Shown here one piece after another: positions 13,241-26,502 of a DNA stretch of 64,000 nt (positions are counted from its first letter, which is position 1; the number at the start of each line of letters is the position of its first letter). The stretch lies in assembly GCF_009914755.1 (NCBI RefSeq), contig NC_060926.1. One strand, given 5' to 3'. The stretch comes from the human T2T-CHM13v2.0 reference genome, Homo sapiens. The notes beneath the pieces were generated by a model. The model worked only from the letters and a program-made list of their open reading frames with translations. It did not search any database and had not been told where the DNA came from. A program made the position numbers and the translations under genes.

Positions 13241-14264
13241 ATGAGGAAACGCCAGTGCAAAACAGCTGAAAATTCCAAAAACCAGAATGCTTCTTCCCCT
13301 CCAAAGGATCACAACTCCTCGCCAGCAAGAGAACAAAACTGGATGGAGAATGAATTTGATGAATTGACAGAAGTAGGCTTCAGAAGGTGGGTAATAACAA
13401 ACTCCTCTGAGCTAAAGGAGCATGTTCTAACCCAATGCAAGGAAGCTAAGAACCTTGATAAAAGGTTGCAGGAACTGCTAAACAGAATAACCAGTTTAGA
13501 GAAGAACATAAATGACCTGATGGAGCTGAAAACACAGCATGAGAACTTTGTGAAGCATACACAAGTATCAATAGCCGAATTGATCAAGCAGAAGAAAGGA
13601 TATCAGAGATTGAAGAATAACTTAATGAAATAAAGTGTGAAGGCAAGATTAGAGAAAAAAGAATAAAAAGGAATGAACAAAGCCTCCAAGAAATATGGGA
13701 CTATGTGAAAAGACCAAACTTACGTTTGATTGGTGTACCTGAAAGTGATGGGGAGAATGGAACCAAGTTGGAAAACACTCTTCAGGATATCATCCTGGAG
13801 AACTTCCCCAACCTAGCAAGGCAGATCAACATTCAAATTCAGAAATACAGAGAACACCACAACGATACTCCTTGAGAAGAGCAACCCCAAGACACATAAT
13901 CGTCAGATTCACCAAGGTTGAAATGAAGGAAAAAATGTTAAGGGCAGCCAGAGAGAAAGATCGGGTTACTCACAAAGGGAAGCCCCTCAGACTAACAGGA
14001 GATCTCTCTGCAGAAACCCTACAAGCCAGAAGAGAGTGGGGGCCAATATTCAACATTCTTAAAGGAAAGAATTTTCAACTCAGAATTTCATATCCAGCCA
14101 AACTAAGCTTCATAAGTGAAGGAGAAACAAAATCCTTTACAGACAAGCAAATGGTGAGAGATTCTGTCACCACCAGGCCTGCCTTACAAGAGCTCCTGAA
14201 GGAAGCACTAAACATGGAAAGGAACAACTGGTACCAGCCACTGCAAAAACATACCAAATTGTAA
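13241..14264 (+). pseudogene. L1 ORF1p (RNA-binding chaperone), frameshifted
   Basis: MRKRQCKTAENSKNQNASSPPK... and ...RRATPRHIIVRFTKVEMKEKMLRAAREK...ERNNWYQPLQKHTKL* lie in different frames. Confidence 0.95.
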
Positions 14265-14327
14265 AGACCGTTGACACTATGAAAAAACTACATCAACTAA
14301 TGTGCAAAATAACCAACTAACGTCATA

Positions 14328-17300
14328 ATGACGGATCAAATTCACACAAAACAATATTAACCTTAAATGTAAATGGGCTAAATGCCCCAATTAAAAGACA
14401 CAGACTGGCAAATTGGATGAAGAGTCAAGACCCATCAGTGTGCTGTATTCAGGAGACCCATCTCATGTGCAAAAATACATATAGGTTCAAAATAAAGGGA
14501 TGGAGGAATATTTACCAAGCAAATGGAGAGCAAAAAGAAGCAGGGGTTGCAATCCTAGTCTCTGATAAAACAGACTTTAAACCAGCAAAGATCAAAGAGA
14601 CAAAGAAGGGCATTACATAATGGTAAAGGGATCAATGCAACACGAACAGCTAACTATTCTAAATATATATGCACCCAATACAGGAGCACCCAGATTTATA
14701 AAGCAAGTTCTTAGAGACCTACAAAGAGACTTAGACTCCCACACAATAATAGTGGGAGACTTTAACATCCCACTGTCAATATTAGACAGATCAATGAGAC
14801 AAAATTAACAAGGATATTCAGGACTTGAACTCAGCTCTGGACCAAGTAGACCTAATAGACATGTACAGAACTCTCCACCCCAAATCAACAGAATATACAT
14901 TCTTCTCAGTACCACATCACACTTATTCAAAAATTGACCACATTATTGGAAGTAAAACATTCCTCAGCAAATGCAAAAGAATGGAAATCATAACAAACAG
15001 TCTCTCAGGCCATAGTGCAATCAAATTAGAACTCAGGATTAAGAAACTCACTCAAAACCGCACAACTACATGGAAACTAAACAACCTGCTCCTGAATGAC
15101 TACCAGATAAATAATGAAATTAAGGCAGAAATAAAGAAGTTATTTGAAACCAATGAGAATGAAGACACAATGTACCAGAATCTCTGGGACGCATTCAAAG
15201 CAGTGTGTAGAGGGAAATTTAGAGCACTAAGTGCCCACAGGAGAAAGCAGGAAAGATCTAAAATGGACACCCTAACATCACAATTAAAAGAACTAGAAAA
15301 CAAGAGCAAACACATTCAAAAGCTAGCAGAAGGCAAGAAATAACTAAGATCAGAGCAGAACTGAAGGAGATAGAGATACGAAAAACCCTTCAAAAAAATC
15401 AATGTAGCCAGGAGCTGGTTTTTTAAGAAGATCAACAAAATACATAGACCGCTAGCCAGACTAATAAAGAAGAAAAGAGAGAAGAATCAAATAGACACAA
15501 TAAAAAATGATAAGGGGATGTCACCACTGATCCCACAGAAATACAAACTACCACAGAGAATACTATAAACACCTCTGTGCAAATAAACTAGAAAATCTAG
15601 AAGAAATGAATAAATTCCTGGACACATACACCCTCCCAAGACTAAACCAAGAAGAAATCGAATCCCTAAATAGACAAATAACAAGTTCTGAAGTTAAGGC
15701 AGTAATTAATAACCTACTAACCAAAAAAAGTCCAGGACTGAATGAATTCACAGCCAGATTCTACCAGAAGTACGAGAGGAGTTGGTACCATTCCTTCTGA
15801 AACTATTCCAAACAATAGAAAAAGAGGGACTCCTCCCTAACTCATTTTATGAGGCCAGCTTCATCCTAATACCAAAACCTGGCAGAGACACAACAAAAAA
15901 AGAAAATTTCAGGCCAATACCCCTGATGTACATCGATGCAAAAATCCTCAATAAAATACTGGCAAACCTAATCCAGCAGCACATCAAAATGCTTATCCAC
16001 CACGATCAAATCGGCTTCGTGCCTGGGATGCAAGGCTGTTTCAACATATGCAAATCAATAAATGTAATCCATCACATAAACAGAACCAATGACAAAAACC
16101 ACATAATTATCCCAATAGATGCAGAAAAGGCCTTCAATAAAATTCAACACCTCTTCATGCTAAAAACACTCAATAAACTAGGTATTGATGGAATGTATCT
16201 CGAAATAATAAGAGCTGTTTGTGACAAACCCACAGCCAATAACTTATTGAATGGGCAAAAACTGGAAGCATTCCGTTTGAAAACCAGCACAAGACAAGGA
16301 TGCCCTCTCTCACCACTCCTATTCAACATAGTATTGGAAGTTCTGGCCAGGGAAATCAGACAAGAGAAGGAAATAAAGGGTATTCAAATAGGAAGAGAGG
16401 AAGTCAAATTGTCTCTGTTTGCAGATGATATGATTGTGTATTTAGAAAAACCTATCTTCTCAGCCCCAAAACTCCTTAAGCTGATAAGCAATTTCAGCAA
16501 AGTCTCAGGATGCAAAATCAATGTGCAAAAATCACAAGCATTCCTGTACACCAATAATAGACAAACAGAGAGCCAAATCATGAGTGAACTCCCATTTACA
16601 ATTGCTACAAAGAGAATAAAATACCTAGGAATCCAACTTACAAGGGATGGGAAGGACCTGTTCAAGGAGAACTACAAACCACTGCTCAAGGAAATAAGAG
16701 AGGACACAAACAAATGGAAAAACATTTCAGGCTCATGGATAGGAAGAATCAATAATGTGAAAATGGCCATACTGCCCAAAGTAATTTTTAGATTCAATGC
16801 TATCCCCATCAAGCCACCATTGACTTTCTTCACAAAATTAGAAAAAACTACTTTAAATTTCATATGGAACCAAAAAAGAGCCCACGTAGCCAAGACAATC
16901 CTAAGCAAAAAGAACAAACCTGGAGGCATCATGCTACCTGGCATCAAACTATACTACAAGGCTACAGTAACCAAAACAGCATAGTACTTGTACCAAAACA
17001 GATACATAGACCAATGGAACAGAACAGAGGCCTCAGAAATAACACCACACATCTACAACCATCTGCTCTTTGACAAACCTGACAAAAACAAGCAATGGGG
17101 AAAGGATTCCCTATTTAATAAACGGTGTTGGGAAAACTGGCTAGCCATATGCAGAAAACTGAAACTGGACCCCTTCATTACACCTTATACAAAAATTCAC
17201 TCAAGTTGGATTAAAGACTTAAGATCTAAAACCATAAAAACCTAGGCTATGCCATTCAGGACATAGGCATGGGCAAAGACTTCAAGACTAAAATACCAAA

Positions 17301-18129
17301 AGCAATGGCAACAAAAGCCAAAATTGACAAATAGGATCTAATTAAACTAAAGACCTTCTGCACAGCAAAAGAAACTATCATCAGAGTGAACAGGCAACCT
17401 ACAGAATGGGAGAACATTTTTGCAATCTACCCATCTGACAAAGGACTAATATGCAGAATCTACAAGGAACTTCAACAAATTTACAAGAAGAAAACAAACA
17501 ACGCCATCAAAAAGTGGGTGAAGGATATGAACAGACACTTCTCAAAAGAAAACATTTGTATGGCCAACAAACATATGAAAAAAAGCTCATCATCACTGGT
17601 CATTGGAGAAATGCAAGTCAAAACTGCAATGAGATACCATCTCACGCCAGTTAGAATGGCTATCATTAAAAAGTCAGGAAACAACAGATGCTGGAGAGGA
17701 TGTGGAGAAATAGGAATGCTTTTACACTGTTGGTGGGAATGTAAATTAGTTCAACCATTGTGGAAGACAGTGTAGCAATTCCTCAAGGATCTAGAACCAG
17801 AAATACCATTTGACCCAGGAATGGGATTGCTGGCTATATACCCAAAGGATTATAAATCATTCTACTATAAAGACACATGCACCCGTATGTTTATTGCAGC
17901 ACTATTCACAATAGCAAAGACTTGGAACCAACCCAAATGCCCATCAATGATAGACTGGATAAAGAAAATGTGGCACATATACACCATGGAATACTATGCA
18001 GCCATAAAAAAGGATGAGTTCATGTCCTTTGCAGGGACATGAATGAAGCTGGAAACCATCATTCTCAGCAAACTAACCCAGGAACAGAAAACTAAACACT
18101 ACATGTTTTCACTCATAAGTGGGAGTTGA
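14328..18129 (+). pseudogene. L1 ORF2p (endonuclease/reverse transcriptase), disrupted
   Basis: APE motifs ([26 protein letters not shown]), RT motifs ([16 protein letters not shown]) and C-terminal CWRGC...HCWWEC, broken by frameshifts (the first just after the ATG), stops and small deletions near 17220-17245. Confidence 0.95.
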
Positions 18130-19079
18130 ACAATGGGAACACATGGACACAGCGAGGGGAACATCTCACACTGGGGCCTGTTGCGGGTGGAGGACTAGGG
18201 GAAGGATAGCATTAGGAGAAATACCTAATGTAGATGATGGGTTGATGGGTGCAGCAAACACCATAACACGTGTATACCTATGTAAGAAACCTGCACGTTC
18301 TGCACATGTACCCCAGAACTTAAAGTATAATAAAAATAAATAAATAAAATAAAGTAACATTTTCCTTCACATGCATTAAGATTGACCCCAAATTCTATCT
18401 TTTCTAATCAAACAGATTAGAAGCAATTTCTACCACCTTTTACTCTTAAAGCATGTAGTCATTTCTCTCTTATCTCTCTGAAGAGACTGTAACCCTATTA
18501 TCCTCCACCTGCCTGATGCCAGTAGTTTTTTACATCTGTTTAGTTAGGGAATGGGTGACTGGTACTTTATATACAAGCAGAAAGGAGCTACACAGCAGTA
18601 AACATAGTCTCAATAAACACTGTCTCCTTGCTCCCTATAGACAGCCTCCTGGTGTCTTCCCAGCGGCAATCTCTGTTTGTCATGAAGTGGGTGGCAGGGG
18701 ATGCGGATACAGCAACGGGAAACCCTGGGGGTGCGTCTGTGACTGGTCCACACTTTGCCTTTCCCACTTCACCTCGTCTTTGGACTCTTAGGTGCCTTGA
18801 TGTCCAGTGGCACATCAGTGCCTCACTGCCAGCCAGTGTATGAACTTGATATTTGGACACTGAGTGGAATTACTCAAAGGAAAAGATTTGACATCAGGAG
18901 AATGGACCCTAATCAATGCAGTCTTCCAGTGCCTCCAAATTTGAAATTCAAAAGAAGGATGAAATGAATGAATACAGTTCACTGGTCACAACATAAAAGT
19001 AGGCAGTCTTTTCTCTAAGAGATTTCATAGTGTTTAATATAGACATTACAAGTAAAACATTGTTTAAAACACTTTAAAC

Positions 19080-19510
19080 TTATTTTAATTTGAAAAATAA
19101 TTCCTGCACCTGGCCATTCAAAACTGAGCAATACAAAGATGAGATGCAAAAGGCAAATCTCTCTGTCCTTCTGAAGTCCTTTCTAGTTCCTCCCCCAGAG
19201 ACGGTTACCCTTAACAGCTTCTTGTTCATCATTCCAGAAAATTTCTATGCATATATAAGGTGCATATATATAGGTGAATATGTATATGTATATGATTGTC
19301 TTTTTTCCCTCACAAGTGAACCTTCTCTCTATGCTGTTTTGAATCTTGCTTTATTCACTCTAAATGAATCTTGTCCACATACCTACATCAATATGCACAT
19401 ACCTACATCAATACCTTCTCGCTTATTCTTACGGGTGATTACTATTGCATTGTCCGAATGTTCCATCATTTGTTTGACTAATTCTCTACTGAAGAATATT
19501 TAGATCAGTT
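19080..19510 (-). mobile_element. Old L1ME-type 3' fragment
   Basis: CCCCAGAGACGGTTACCCTTAACAGCTTCTTGTTCATCATTCCAGAAAATTTCTATGCATAT resembles antisense L1ME 3'UTR. Confidence 0.6.
19376..19413. repeat. 20-bp tandem duplication
   Basis: CACATACCTACATCAATATG followed by CACATACCTACATCAATA. Confidence 0.9.
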
Positions 19511-20627
19511 ATACAAACAAGAATTTCTTTCCTAAAATTCCTAAGCCAATCTGATTCTGAGAAACCAGGTCTCAGGTTATGCTTAGTTTCAGTGAGCTCA
19601 AATCACCACACCCTTCACCTCCATAGGATCCTTGTAAGGGAGAAGTCCCTCATCCTTCTCTGTGCAGGAGGAAAACATGGTGGAGGGACAGCTCTTCCCT
19701 GGCTAATGAGGGACATAGAAGCACTCAAGGCTGCTATGTAGCCTTATTCTGTCTATGCTCCCTCTACAGCTTGCTTAATTGGGTTCTAGCACCGGTTCTC
19801 TGATGCAGCCCTCCACTTGCCCGGGCCTGTTGCATCAGTGTGACCTGCCAACTCTCTCCTCAGACCATCTGATGCTGCTCGGCTCACTGCTCAAGCCTGT
19901 CTTCTCAATCTACTTCTTGTGCCTCACATGTTTGCATCCAGAAGGCTTATTTGGCCTCTGGGAGCTGGGCACTTCCTGCTTTTGGGGACAGCTTCTTTCC
20001 TAAGAGTCTGAGACTTCACTCCCTGGTGTTTGGTCTCTATCTCTCTAACCAGCTCCTTTGCTCCTCCTCCTCTTCCCAGCCACATTGTGTTGGAAGGCCC
20101 CAAGGCACTGAAATTAGCAATACCAGCTTCTCCAGCCACACTCCCTCCCTAGGTGACTGTACCAATGCCACTCTCTAACATGGTTGAACAAGGAAAAAAC
20201 CCAGGAATCACCCTGACTCCTCTCTTTTTCTTATATCAGGGTTCATTAGGTCCCATCGGCTCTGCTGTTGACTTCAGGAGTGGAAACCACACTTGTCTCT
20301 TGTCTGAGCCTTTTCATGAGCTGCATTAGGCTGAATATAAGAAAAATCAAGGAAACAACCAGCCCAAGGAATAAAAATGTGGTTGGCACTGATAACATGA
20401 AATCTGGGGTGTTGCACATGCTTTCATGTTCTAATTTGCTCAAAATGCTATTGTACCACTGGCGTCTTTGCTCCAGCTAGGGAAGAAAGGGCAAATAAGT
20501 AGAGAAGTGACCACTCATGGCACATCCAGTCATTGCCTGTTGCTGCCCCCTGTAGTCCACCCTCGGAGGTATCAATCACAAGAAGGTACTGGCCAAGAGG
20601 GCAATGAGGCAGGCCCAGAATCTAGAA

Positions 20628-20953
20628 CAGTGCTGCTAGTATTGGTAGCTAGCAGTCATGCATGGTTACTGAGCACGTGGAATACAGCTACTCCAAATGG
20701 AGTTGTGCTATAAACATAAAATGTATGCCAAATTTCAAAGACTTAGGACAACAGCAAAAAAGAATGTAAAAACATCAATAATTTTTTAAGCTGATTATAT
20801 GTTGAAAAAAGTTTTTGCATATATGGGTTAAATTAAATGTTGTTAGCATTTTATCAAAATTAATTTCACCCTGTTTCATCTTTTTAAATGTGGCTACTAG
20901 AAAATTTAAAATTATATAAGCAGCTTGCGGTGTATTTCTATTAGAGAGCACTG
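20628..20953. mobile_element. MER33-like hAT-Charlie DNA transposon
   Basis: CAGTGCT...AGCACTG inverted termini; 8-bp TSD ATCTAGAA/GTCTAGAA fits the Charlie NTCTAGAN target preference. Confidence 0.88.
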
Positions 20954-21169
20954 GTCTAGAAAGTCCAATAATTGGGGTTTTAAGAAATCTAACAGCGTTT
21001 TAAAATTTCAATGATATGTTGTCCGTGAACACTAATTCCTGAGAAGTTTCCATTATTCAAGAAACGTTCAAGGAATGAAAACCCTACATTTGAATAGTCT
21101 TCCAAGTCCAGAGCCCTCATAGGGGAACACCTTTGTTCTCTAAGAGTGAATTTAATTTCCTAAACTCTT

Positions 21170-21440
21170 TGCTCATTTATTCAACAAACATCTATTGAGC
21201 ACTTACTATGTGTCTGATGCAGCTAGACGGTGATGCATATAGAGGGGAAAATGAAAATCTCCTCATCTCAAGAAGTTTATTACACTGGGGATATAGATAC
21301 AGAAATAAATATCCAAAAGAATTATCCAAATAGGAGGTGTACAAAGAATGAGGAATGTCCATTCACTTGGAGTCAGACCTGATGAATGAAATAGATGATT
21401 GAGTTAATGTTCAAAGGAAGGTATGAGTGACTCTACAGGA
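21170..21440 (-). mobile_element. L2 3' end
   Basis: ATTTATTCAACAAACATCTATTGAGCACTTACTATGTG is the characteristic antisense L2 terminus. Confidence 0.8.
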
Positions 21441-21847
21441 AGGACACTGATTGTCTTTCACAGCTTCTAAACAAGATGGACCAAAATTGGGAGAAATGGC
21501 TGCTCCAGTGTTCGAATAAATGTGTCATTTAGCCTGCTAAGGTGCTCACTTGGAAAGGGACAATGCTTATTTTAGCTTTTAAGTATTCCCATATTTGTAC
21601 AAATAAAACCCTACACTTTTGTTCTGCTCCAGTGCCTCCTGCTCAGCCCAGAGTTCCCATGAACCAGCTATGCTGGCTCTGGGTGAATGGGAGGGATGAC
21701 CAGGGATGGAACCTTAGGAGACAGCTGTCAGGGGTTAGGACATCTTGTACAAGATGCTTAGTGGACTGGAAGGGGAACCAGCAACGTCTGCCTCTGTACT
21801 TTCTTATTCTCTTAGAGAAATGTGGAAATAATATCCAAGGGTCCTCT

Positions 21848-22132
21848 CAAAAAACCGAACACCGCATGTTCTCGCTCATAGGTGGGAATTGAACAGTGAG
21901 AACACATGGACACAGGAAGGGGAACATCACACACCGGGGCCTGTTGTGGGGTGGGGGGAGGGGGGAGGGATAGCATTAGGAGATATACCTAATGTAAATG
22001 ACGAGTTAATTGGTGCAGCACACCAACATGGCACATGTTTACACATGTAACAAACCTGCACGTTGTGCACATGTACCCTAAAACTTAAAGTATTAAAAAA
22101 AAACACACATGAACTTGCACTGTGAAAAAAAA
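21848..22132 (+). mobile_element. 5'-truncated L1PA4-6-type 3' end carrying a short 3' transduction
   Basis: L1PA 3'UTR with G-rich tract (21947-21970); two A-tracts; 18-bp TSD AATATCCAAG(G/T)GTCCTCT at 21830-21847 and 22133-22150. Confidence 0.93.
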
Positions 22133-22944
22133 AATATCCAAGTGTCCTCTAATCTAGGCCATGGCAACCTGTCCTATTGGACAGTTAGGAAATTTCTCTT
22201 ATCCCAATACTCAGTGTATGAAATTCATTCTACATAGACTCCTACCGTGTGCCTCATAATCAGTTCTATTTAAATTAAAATGTTTTGAAAGAGGAATTAC
22301 TCTGGTGATTAGGACAGACTAGGGAATGCCTCTGCTCATTTTTATTCCAGTATGAGACACACCTATAACTGAGGGCACTGACCAAATGGGTAAGAGAAAG
22401 CAGAACCAAGCTTCATGGCCTGGAATTACAGACTTGTCTGGCTGATGTTCGGTCACACAAACATTTTCTCATACTGGTAAATGTCGACATCACCCAGAGG
22501 GTGCTTGGTCAACTCCAGTGCAAACTATTAACCACATTAGAGAAAATAGCCCTGGAGAGGTATCGCTCAACCGTTTTAACTTCAAAAGATGTCATGAGAA
22601 GAGCCACAAATTATTATTGCTGACAATTTGTACAATTTGTCCCTGGTGAAATGTGTGTGTCCCTACACTGCACCATTTTACATAACAATATGAAATATTA
22701 AAAGGGAAAAACGTTTTGTAATAAACAGCAGTTTTGCTGATTGCGGCTGATTATGTTAAGCAGCTTGTACTGTGGGTGTCAGAGGAGACTTAATAGCTCC
22801 TATAACTAATCTCCACGACTGACCTCTCCCCTCGGCTGATGAAGCCTATTCAAAAATCTGCTGCCCTTTGCTCATTTTCAGATCTTATATTTCTGAACTG
22901 TTTGGATCGTGCATATATTTGCTAAAGTTGTTGTGTACAGGATT

Positions 22945-22961
22945 TGTGTGTGTGTGTGTGT
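22945..22961. repeat. (TG)n microsatellite
   Basis: About 8 TG units. Confidence 0.9.
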
Positions 22962-23758
22962 TTAAAAAAATATACAATCCATGAAGAAAGATTCCTGCCA
23001 GGGCTGTCTTATGCATTATTTAAAAAAAGGAACAAACTACACAAACAGTAAAAACAACGCATATTTACAACATTCATATCAGATACTGTGTCATTTATTA
23101 TAGCTTAAGACCGTTTCTGTATTGAAAGTGTGCGAAGAAATATAGGGCCAACATTTTTTACTCTAACTTTAAAATAAAGGGTAAAGGATGTCTTTCTGGG
23201 GAAAAGCGTCATCTGGGCCATTTCATCAGCCTCGATGGCTGGTACTTAGAAGCAAAGTGCTATTCAATCATGAAGCAATTTCATTTTTCTGATAAAAGTT
23301 TTTGATTTAAATGGAATTTCATAGAGAACATTTCAGAGTATAGAGAACTCCTCCATCAGTAAGTGCAGATAAACATGTAAGTGCATATGTGTAAGTGTCT
23401 ATGATTAACAGTTTGCTCTTCCTCTGTTACCCAAATCCAAGGATGTTTACAAAGCCACAGGGGAAATGTGGAGGTTGGTAAGAGCAGCGCTTTAAAGAGC
23501 AGAGACGTCAGTCCTCCCCACACTATTCAAATGCAGCCATCCTGGGGAAATAAAACCAAATAAAGACAAAAGAGGGAGGGAAAAAATCAACAATTCAAAA
23601 AGTAAAGTGTGTGAATCTGACTTGCTAGAGAAAGGGGTAGACTCAGTACAACAAGGTCACAAAAAGGTGCAGCCTTCGATGAGACAAATACCGGCTGAAG
23701 CCGGCTGATAAATATTTCCTGTAGGATCTGAAGCAGGTTGTCACCAGCAAAACAAAAA

Positions 23759-23774
23759 TCCCTAGGGGGCAGTA
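23759..23774 (+). promoter_or_regulatory. Candidate CTCF-binding motif
   Basis: TCCCTAGGGGGCAGTA versus consensus CCASYAGRKGGCRSY (2 mismatches), in repeat-free, CpG-retaining sequence. Confidence 0.4.
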
Positions 23775-24461
23775 CATAATTAACAATTTGAAGATGTGGC
23801 CGCGTGTCATTGTCTCAAAAGGAGCCAGGGAATCCTGCCCCCAAAAGCACAACCCGAGTTCCCATATTAATCTTACTGTTTCCCTATAAACGAATATCAG
23901 TGTTTCCCCAGAGGCTCAGAAGACGCCTTTGCTCTGGGCTGGCAAATGTCTCCTGGCTCATGGTGTCATTTTCCTGTGATTTTAAATCAGCATCACCAAA
24001 CCTGTTCCTCTAGTCTGAGCAAAATCACACAGCATGTTTAGGAAAGCAAACAAGTATTTTTTTCTATTATCAAAGACATGAATAAAATCGGGACTGAGAG
24101 AAGAAATCTATTTACACAGGGTGCCTGAACGAGTGTTTAAAGACTTTTAGAACAGTGACTCTCTGAAAACAACTGACCTTCAACTAAATTGCACCCACAC
24201 ACCAGAACAAAAACTCGGGAGAGATTAACAGAAGTCATAGAGAAGTTTTGGCGTGGTTTAAATATTTCTTCGGTTTATTTCAAGACAGGTTGGAGTTTGG
24301 AAGGAGGAAGAGGTTAATTGCCAGAGGTTAATAGAACAAGGAAATACTGAACTTAATCTTGGGGTGGTTCTGGCATTCACTTAAGAGAAGTCAGCAATAT
24401 TTCCCAGGGGGTAGATCCAGGACAATGCCAATTTCGAGTTTGTTCTGCTGCTGAACCTTGG

Positions 24462-24712
24462 AAGCAGTGTGGACTACTGCTCAGAGCAACAAATTTGGAG
24501 ACAGGAGACCTGGGCCACATTCCCACCTGTGACTGAAAGTGGGTGCTCCTTGGGAAGTTTCTCAGATTCTCTGTGTCTTGGTTCCTTCAATTGCAAACTG
24601 AGTTCAGATCACTTGCCACCTGCCTACCTAATCAGAATATTGTGAGGGTTAATGAGATTGCACTTGCAAGGTGATTGCCTCATCATATAACTCCAAAGTA
24701 TTATTATTCATC
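24462..24712 (+). mobile_element. MIR SINE
   Basis: MIR core-like CCTTGGGAAGTTTCTCAGATTCTCTGTGTCTTGGTTCC...TTGTGAGGGTTAATGAG. Confidence 0.65.
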
Positions 24713-25402
24713 ATAAAGACACAGCTGCAATATTGTATATTGTTACATACCAGATGCCATGTTTCTATTTTTAGCAACCTAGAAATGACAGTGTCTTAGA
24801 ATTATACAGTGGGAGGGGCCTGGCAATATTACCTGCCCCAAGCTCTGTTCTGGGTCAGGTGGGTGTCTAACCAACCAAAGATGGCTGGCTGTTCAGTCTC
24901 ACTTTATGTCTAAAGGAGGAAACTCTTCAGCTCGCCTTTCAGAGGAAATTCCAGTGTTATCATTCTGATGGTCAAGAGTTATTGCTTAAGTCTGAATTCT
25001 CCCTTCTGTTTTAATTAAAATAATCTTTTTCATTTATTAATATGTATGTGGGTCTCCTTCATGTAGTGATCTTGAGGGGCAGAAACCATGTCCTATGCAT
25101 TTTTATATTCTTTAAGTCACTTCCTGGTAAGGCAGTACCTAGTAAACACTCAAGAAATGCACTTTGGATTGAATTCAGTTGTTTGTAACTATGTGGGCAG
25201 AAAGAAAAACACTGATAGCACATTTCATACTAAGAGCATGGGTCCTGCAGTCCTAGCCCCCTGGAGGCTCAGGCTGGAGGATGACATAAATACAGTTCTG
25301 GGCTAACAGGTGGTGTGGCTATGGTGTATGTGCCCACATTTGGAAAGGAAGTTGCACTTCAACTTTCTTTTCCCTAAGACTTTCAAAAAGCCCTGTGGTT
25401 TG

Positions 25403-25773
25403 TGCTATGGCCTGAGTGTTTGTGTCACCTCAAAATTGATATGTTAGAATGCTAATCCCCAAGGTGATGGTAGTAGCAGGTGGGGCCTTTGGGAGGTAAT
25501 TAGGTCATGACGTTGGAGCCTCTATGAATGGAATTAGTGCCCTTATAAGAAGACACGAGAGAGCTTGCTTCCACTCTCTCTCTCTGCTTTCTGCCCATAT
25601 GAGGATGGCACGAGAAGACAGCCATCTGCAAACCAGGAAGCAGGCCCCAAACACCAGATCTTCTGGAGCCTTTTGGACTTCCCAGTCTCCAGACTGTGAG
25701 AAATAAGTTTCTACTGTTTATAAGCCATCTGGTTTATGGCATTTTGTTACAGTAGTCCAAACAGACTAGCACA
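25403..25773 (+). mobile_element. MLT1A-type MaLR solo LTR
   Basis: TGCTATGG...ACA; typical internal motifs (GGTGGGGCCTTTGGGAGGTAATTAGGTCATGA, CTGTGAGAAATAAG); TSD GTTTG/GTTTA. Confidence 0.9.
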
Positions 25774-25904
25774 GTTTACCCACTAGTGTTTTATGCTCTT
25801 AGATACAGTGATTAATGAAAGCTTCAATCAAATTTTCCTGGTTTTCAATGCTGTCTGGTCTATAATTACTATATTAATTCAACCCTATCTCCCATTCTTC
25901 CCTC

Positions 25905-26502
25905 TTTTTTTAAACTTTTATTTTAGGTTCAGGGGTATATGTGCAGGCTTGTTATATAAATAAGTTGTGTGTCACAGGGGATTGGTGTATAGATCATTTT
26001 ATCATCCAGGTAATAAACATAGTATATGATAGGTAGTTTTTCAATCTTCACCCTTCTCCCACCCTCTCACCCTCAAGTAGCCCCAGTGTCTGTTATCCTC
26101 TTCTTTGTGTGCATATGTCCTCAATGTTTAGCTACCACTTATTAGTGAGAACATGTGGTATTTGGTTTTCCGTTCCTGTGTTAGTTTGCTTAGGATAATG
26201 GCCTCCAGCTCCATCCATGTTGCTGCAAAGGACATGACTTTGTTCTTTTTTACGGCTGTGTAGTATTCCATGTTGTATACGTACCACATTTTCTTTATCC
26301 TGTCTACCATTGATAGGCATTCAGGTTGATTCCATGTCTTTGTTATTGTGAATAGGGCTGCAATAAACATTCATATGCCTGTGTCTTTATGGTAGAATTA
26401 TTTATATTCCTTTGGGTATATACCAAATAATGGGATTGCTGGGTAGAATGGTAGTTCTGTTTTAAGCTCTTTGATAAATCTCCCAAATGCTTTCCACAAT
26501 GC
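25905..26502 (-). mobile_element. L1PA15/16-like 3' end
   Basis: Antisense 3'UTR and ORF2 C-terminus (MFIAALFTITKTWNQP...MFSLISGS). Confidence 0.9.

Noticed and set aside
15782-16984. 400-aa uninterrupted reverse-transcriptase ORF with FADD motif, as a domesticated or novel RT system
   Set aside because: It is the middle of an ordinary L1 ORF2 with a TTG start and disablements on both sides; an open stretch of this size is plausible in a primate L1 without selection
19090-19503. 137-aa plus-strand ORF
   Set aside because: Lies antisense within an L1ME relic, has a non-ATG start and no protein similarity I recognise
20538-20557. CTCF-like motif on the minus strand (ACTACAGGGGGCAGCA)
   Set aside because: Three mismatches in the 5' core; too weak without ChIP data
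21947-21970. G-quadruplex-forming tract
   Set aside because: Standard, well-described part of the L1PA 3'UTR
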